This document shows, piece by piece, positions 55,944 through 58,479 of a stretch of 58,479 bases of DNA. The DNA comes from an uncultured Oceanicola sp. Its GTDB lineage: Bacteria > Pseudomonadota > Alphaproteobacteria > Rhodobacterales > Rhodobacteraceae. The stretch covers positions 1 to 58,479 of the forward strand of contig CAYVQK010000001.1 in the NCBI GenBank assembly GCA_964454145.1, written 5' to 3'. The position numbers were made by a program, and so were the translations under genes. A model generated the notes under the pieces. The model was not told the origin of the DNA. It saw nothing but the letters and a program-made list of their open reading frames with translations, and ran no database searches. Position 1 is the first letter of the stretch, and each line of letters opens with the position of its first letter.

Positions 55944-57026
55944 TCAGTCCTGCGTCCGGCTCCAATAGGCAACGGAATGGACCTGTGCCTTGGCCAGCCC
56001 CGCCTCCTCCGTTCCGAAGCGGCGCAGCGCACGGGCCGCCTGCTTGGAGGCTGCAAACCACAGCCGGGTGTCGGGAGCGCAGCCCCCAACCCTCTCGCGG
56101 ATGGCGGCCACGAGGTCACGCTCCGTCGCGCCTTCGGAGCGGAGCAGCCAGGTGATATCGATCCCGGTCGGGCAGGCGTCGGGTCGCCGGATGTCGTCCG
56201 CGCTGCCGACCAGCAAGGTCACATGGCCGCGCTGCGACTCCAGCATCCGTTCCATCGCGCGCAGGATCGCCGGCAGGCTGGTCTCGTCGCCTCCCGCCAC
56301 GAGGAGGCCATTCCCGTCCGTCGGCTCCGGCCCCGCCTTGCCCCCGGGGCCCATCAGGCCGACGGTTTCTCCGAGGGGGCCCGTCTCTGCCCAGTCGCAG
56401 GTGGGACCGCCGGGGTGGCGGAAGACGTCGAAGGTCAGGCTGTGGCTCTCGGGATGGCAGAGGCGGGTGGTGAACACCCGATCGCTCAGCTTGTCCTCGC
56501 CCTCGGGCCAGCGGATCACCCCGGTTGCATCGAGCCGGGGCCAGACCGGCGCCCGCCCGGGCTCCATCGGGCGGAGGAGGCGGAAGTGCCAGTGGTCTTC
56601 GCTGGAAAACCGGTCATAGCCCTCGGGAGAGAGCGTCACGCGCATCCGCCACCAGGAGGCTCCCTTCGGCGCGCAGCCCGTCACCTCGCCCACGGCCAGC
56701 GTCGGCGGCAGTGCGCCCGCATCTCCCGCCCCCGACCATGTGAGCGGCGGCAGCCCCGGGTCGAACTCCTCCATGTGCAGCGAGATGCCGGTGCGGAAAT
56801 CCGGCAGCATGGAGGCCTCGGCGCAGGCCACCTCGATGCGGCAGGCCCGGCCCGTCACCTGCACGGTGACCCTGGCAAGACCGGCATCGGCCACCATCAC
56901 CCCCGGCGCAGGGTGTTGCGGCTCCATGCCATGTTCGATGTACTCGGCGCGCCAGAAATCGAGCAGCCGTTGCCCCTCGTCGTGGGGGAACTCGATGGCA
57001 GAGAGATGGGGCAGGGGCGGGGTCAT
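55944..57026 (-). CDS. Siderophore-interacting protein (ViuB/FhuF-type flavin reductase) with an N-terminal extension
   Basis: RVFTTR, HPGGP..WA, GLMGPGG, GDETSLPA, VAYW. Confidence 0.88.
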   Translation of the reverse strand: MTPPLPHLSAIEFPHDEGQRLLDFWRAEYIEHGMEPQHPAPGVMVADAGLARVTVQVTGRACRIEVACAEASMLPDFRTGISLHMEEFDPGLPPLTWSGAGDAGALPPTLAVGEVTGCAPKGASWWRMRVTLSPEGYDRFSSEDHWHFRLLRPMEPGRAPVWPRLDATGVIRWPEGEDKLSDRVFTTRLCHPESHSLTFDVFRHPGGPTCDWAETGPLGETVGLMGPGGKAGPEPTDGNGLLVAGGDETSLPAILRAMERMLESQRGHVTLLVGSADDIRRPDACPTGIDITWLLRSEGATERDLVAAIRERVGGCAPDTRLWFAASKQAARALRRFGTEEAGLAKAQVHSVAYWSRTQD

Positions 57027-57856
57027 GGGCGGTGTCCTGTGGTGGAGCGCAGGGGCTGCGAGCGGGTGCCGTGGCGGCCTACGGGAACCATCATCGGCTT
57101 GCCGGTGACCGGATCGGGCAGTATGCGGGCCTCGAGGCCGAAGACCTCGGCAAGCATCGCCTCGGTCAGGATCTCGTCCGGGGCGCCGGCAGAGGTGATC
57201 CGGCCGCCCGCCATGGCCACAAGCATGTCGGCATAGCGGGCTGCGAGATTGAGATCGTGGAGCACCATCACCACCGTCGTTCCGCGCGCGCGGTTGAGGT
57301 CGGTGAGCAGGTCGAGCACCTCGACCTGGTGGTTGATATCGAGAAAGGTGGTGGGCTCGTCGAGGAGCAGCACATCGGTCTGCTGGGCGAGCGCCATGGC
57401 GATCCAGACCCGCTGGCGCTGGCCGCCGGACAGGTCTTCGACCAGCCGCTCGGCGAGGTCGGCGGTGCCGGTCATTTCCAGGGCCTCTCCCACGGCGGCC
57501 TCGTCGGAGGCGGTCCAGCGACCGAAGAGGCCCTGGTGCGGGTGACGGCCACGGCTGACCAGATCGAGCACGGTGATACCCTCGGGCGCGATGGGCGACT
57601 GCGGCAACAGGCCGAGCCGGCGAGCCAGGGTGCGGGGCGGCATGGCATGGATCGGCGCGCCGTCGAGCAGCACCCTCCCGGCCTCGGGTCTGAGCAGCCG
57701 CGACATCGCCCGAAGCAGGGTGGACTTGCCGCAGGCATTGGCCCCGATGATGGCGGTGATCTGACCGCGCGGCAGCGCAAGGTCCATGCCGTCGATCACC
57801 GCGCCGGCGCCGTAGCCTGCGGTTAGCCCCTCGATCTTCAGCACCGCATCGATCAC
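57023..57856 (-). CDS. Iron-siderophore ABC ATPase (FecE/FhuC-like)
   Basis: [35 protein letters not shown]. Confidence 0.93.
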   Translation of the reverse strand: MIDAVLKIEGLTAGYGAGAVIDGMDLALPRGQITAIIGANACGKSTLLRAMSRLLRPEAGRVLLDGAPIHAMPPRTLARRLGLLPQSPIAPEGITVLDLVSRGRHPHQGLFGRWTASDEAAVGEALEMTGTADLAERLVEDLSGGQRQRVWIAMALAQQTDVLLLDEPTTFLDINHQVEVLDLLTDLNRARGTTVVMVLHDLNLAARYADMLVAMAGGRITSAGAPDEILTEAMLAEVFGLEARILPDPVTGKPMMVPVGRHGTRSQPLRSTTGHRP

Positions 57857-58479
57857 AGCGCGCCTCCCGTGCGGTTGTCGCGCAGGATCAGCGCGACGAG
57901 ATAGGGCGCGCCGAGCACGCCGGTGACGATGCCCACCGGGTAGCGGGCGGGGAGCAGCACCTGCCCTGCGAAATCCGCCAGCAGCACCAGAGCCGCCCCG
58001 GTGAGCGCGGCGGGCACCAGCAGCGAGCCGTCGCGCCGCAGCAGCCGGGCGGCGATCGGGCCGGAGAGGAAGGCGACGAAGGCGATCGGCCCGGTGGCTG
58101 CGGTGGCGAAGGCCACCAGCCCGACAGCGGCGCAGACCACGACAAGCCGGGTGAGGCCGACGCGGACGCCGAGCGCGGCCGCCGTGTCATCGCCCATGCG
58201 CATGGTTTCGAGATCACGCCGCAGCGTGAGGAGCGCGCCGCCGAAGACGGCCAGTGCCGCGGCCAGCGGCAGGGCCTGCGCCGGTTGCGCGCCATTCACC
58301 GAGCCGGTCATCCAGCGCAGCGCCTGCTGCAGCGACCAGGCCGGCGCCTGGGTCAGCACATAGGCGGTGAAGCTCTGGAGCATGGCCGCGATGCCGATGC
58401 CCACGAGGATCAGCCGCGCCCCCGCCGCGCCGCCCTTCCAGGCCAGCAGGTAGATGAGCAGCGCCACGCCCAGCCCCGC
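57853..58479 (-). CDS. Iron-siderophore ABC permease (FecCD family), 3' part; gene starts beyond the right edge
   Basis: RLILVGIG, WMTGS, GDDTAAALGV, GPIAFV, PVGIVT..GAPY. Confidence 0.9.
   Translation of the reverse strand, partial: AGLGVALLIYLLAWKGGAAGARLILVGIGIAAMLQSFTAYVLTQAPAWSLQQALRWMTGSVNGAQPAQALPLAAALAVFGGALLTLRRDLETMRMGDDTAAALGVRVGLTRLVVVCAAVGLVAFATAATGPIAFVAFLSGPIAARLLRRDGSLLVPAALTGAALVLLADFAGQVLLPARYPVGIVTGVLGAPYLVALILRDNRTGGAL

Noticed and set aside
1-58479. CRISPR arrays, IS/integrase/phage genes, tRNA/rRNA, defence systems
   Set aside because: I recognised no regularly spaced repeats, no transposase, integrase or nuclease motifs, and no structural RNA genes by eye.

Overview
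High-GC window, probably from an alphaproteobacterium (Rhodobacteraceae-like), made up almost entirely of transport and catabolic modules. I found no mobile elements, CRISPR arrays, rRNA or tRNA genes. From left to right: (1) a guanidine-I riboswitch, ABC importer and GdmH-type guanidine hydrolase operon; (2) a flavin monooxygenase, a LysR regulator and a dihaem cytochrome c; (3) a Dpp-type ABC importer with amidase, RidA, diaminopropionate ammonia-lyase, D-carbamoylase and an unusual Cys-less racemase/hydratase fusion; (4) a ~15.5 kb operon divergent from a MocR regulator, encoding NIPSNAP, a three-subunit Mo-hydroxylase plus CoxG, an ACMSD-like amidohydrolase, a PcaD-like hydrolase, UbiX/UbiD, a Rieske ferredoxin, a small unknown protein, an amidohydrolase-fold protein with PtmU3/AibH-type dinuclear-oxygenase ligands, TctCBA and a ThDP enzyme; (5) GntR, a second ThDP enzyme, an aldehyde dehydrogenase, two TauE proteins and an SsuABC-like ABC transporter; (6) a CapA-family/Opp/dehydrogenase/MFS operon and a rubredoxin plus unknown-cupin pair, which share a near-identical LysR box; (7) siderophore uptake genes. 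The best candidates for undescribed systems are the Mo-hydroxylase/prFMN/dinuclear-oxygenase operon, the LysR-linked CapA-Opp and rubredoxin-cupin regulon, and the diaminopropionate-ureide operon. All family assignments come from motif recognition only; no database searches were run.
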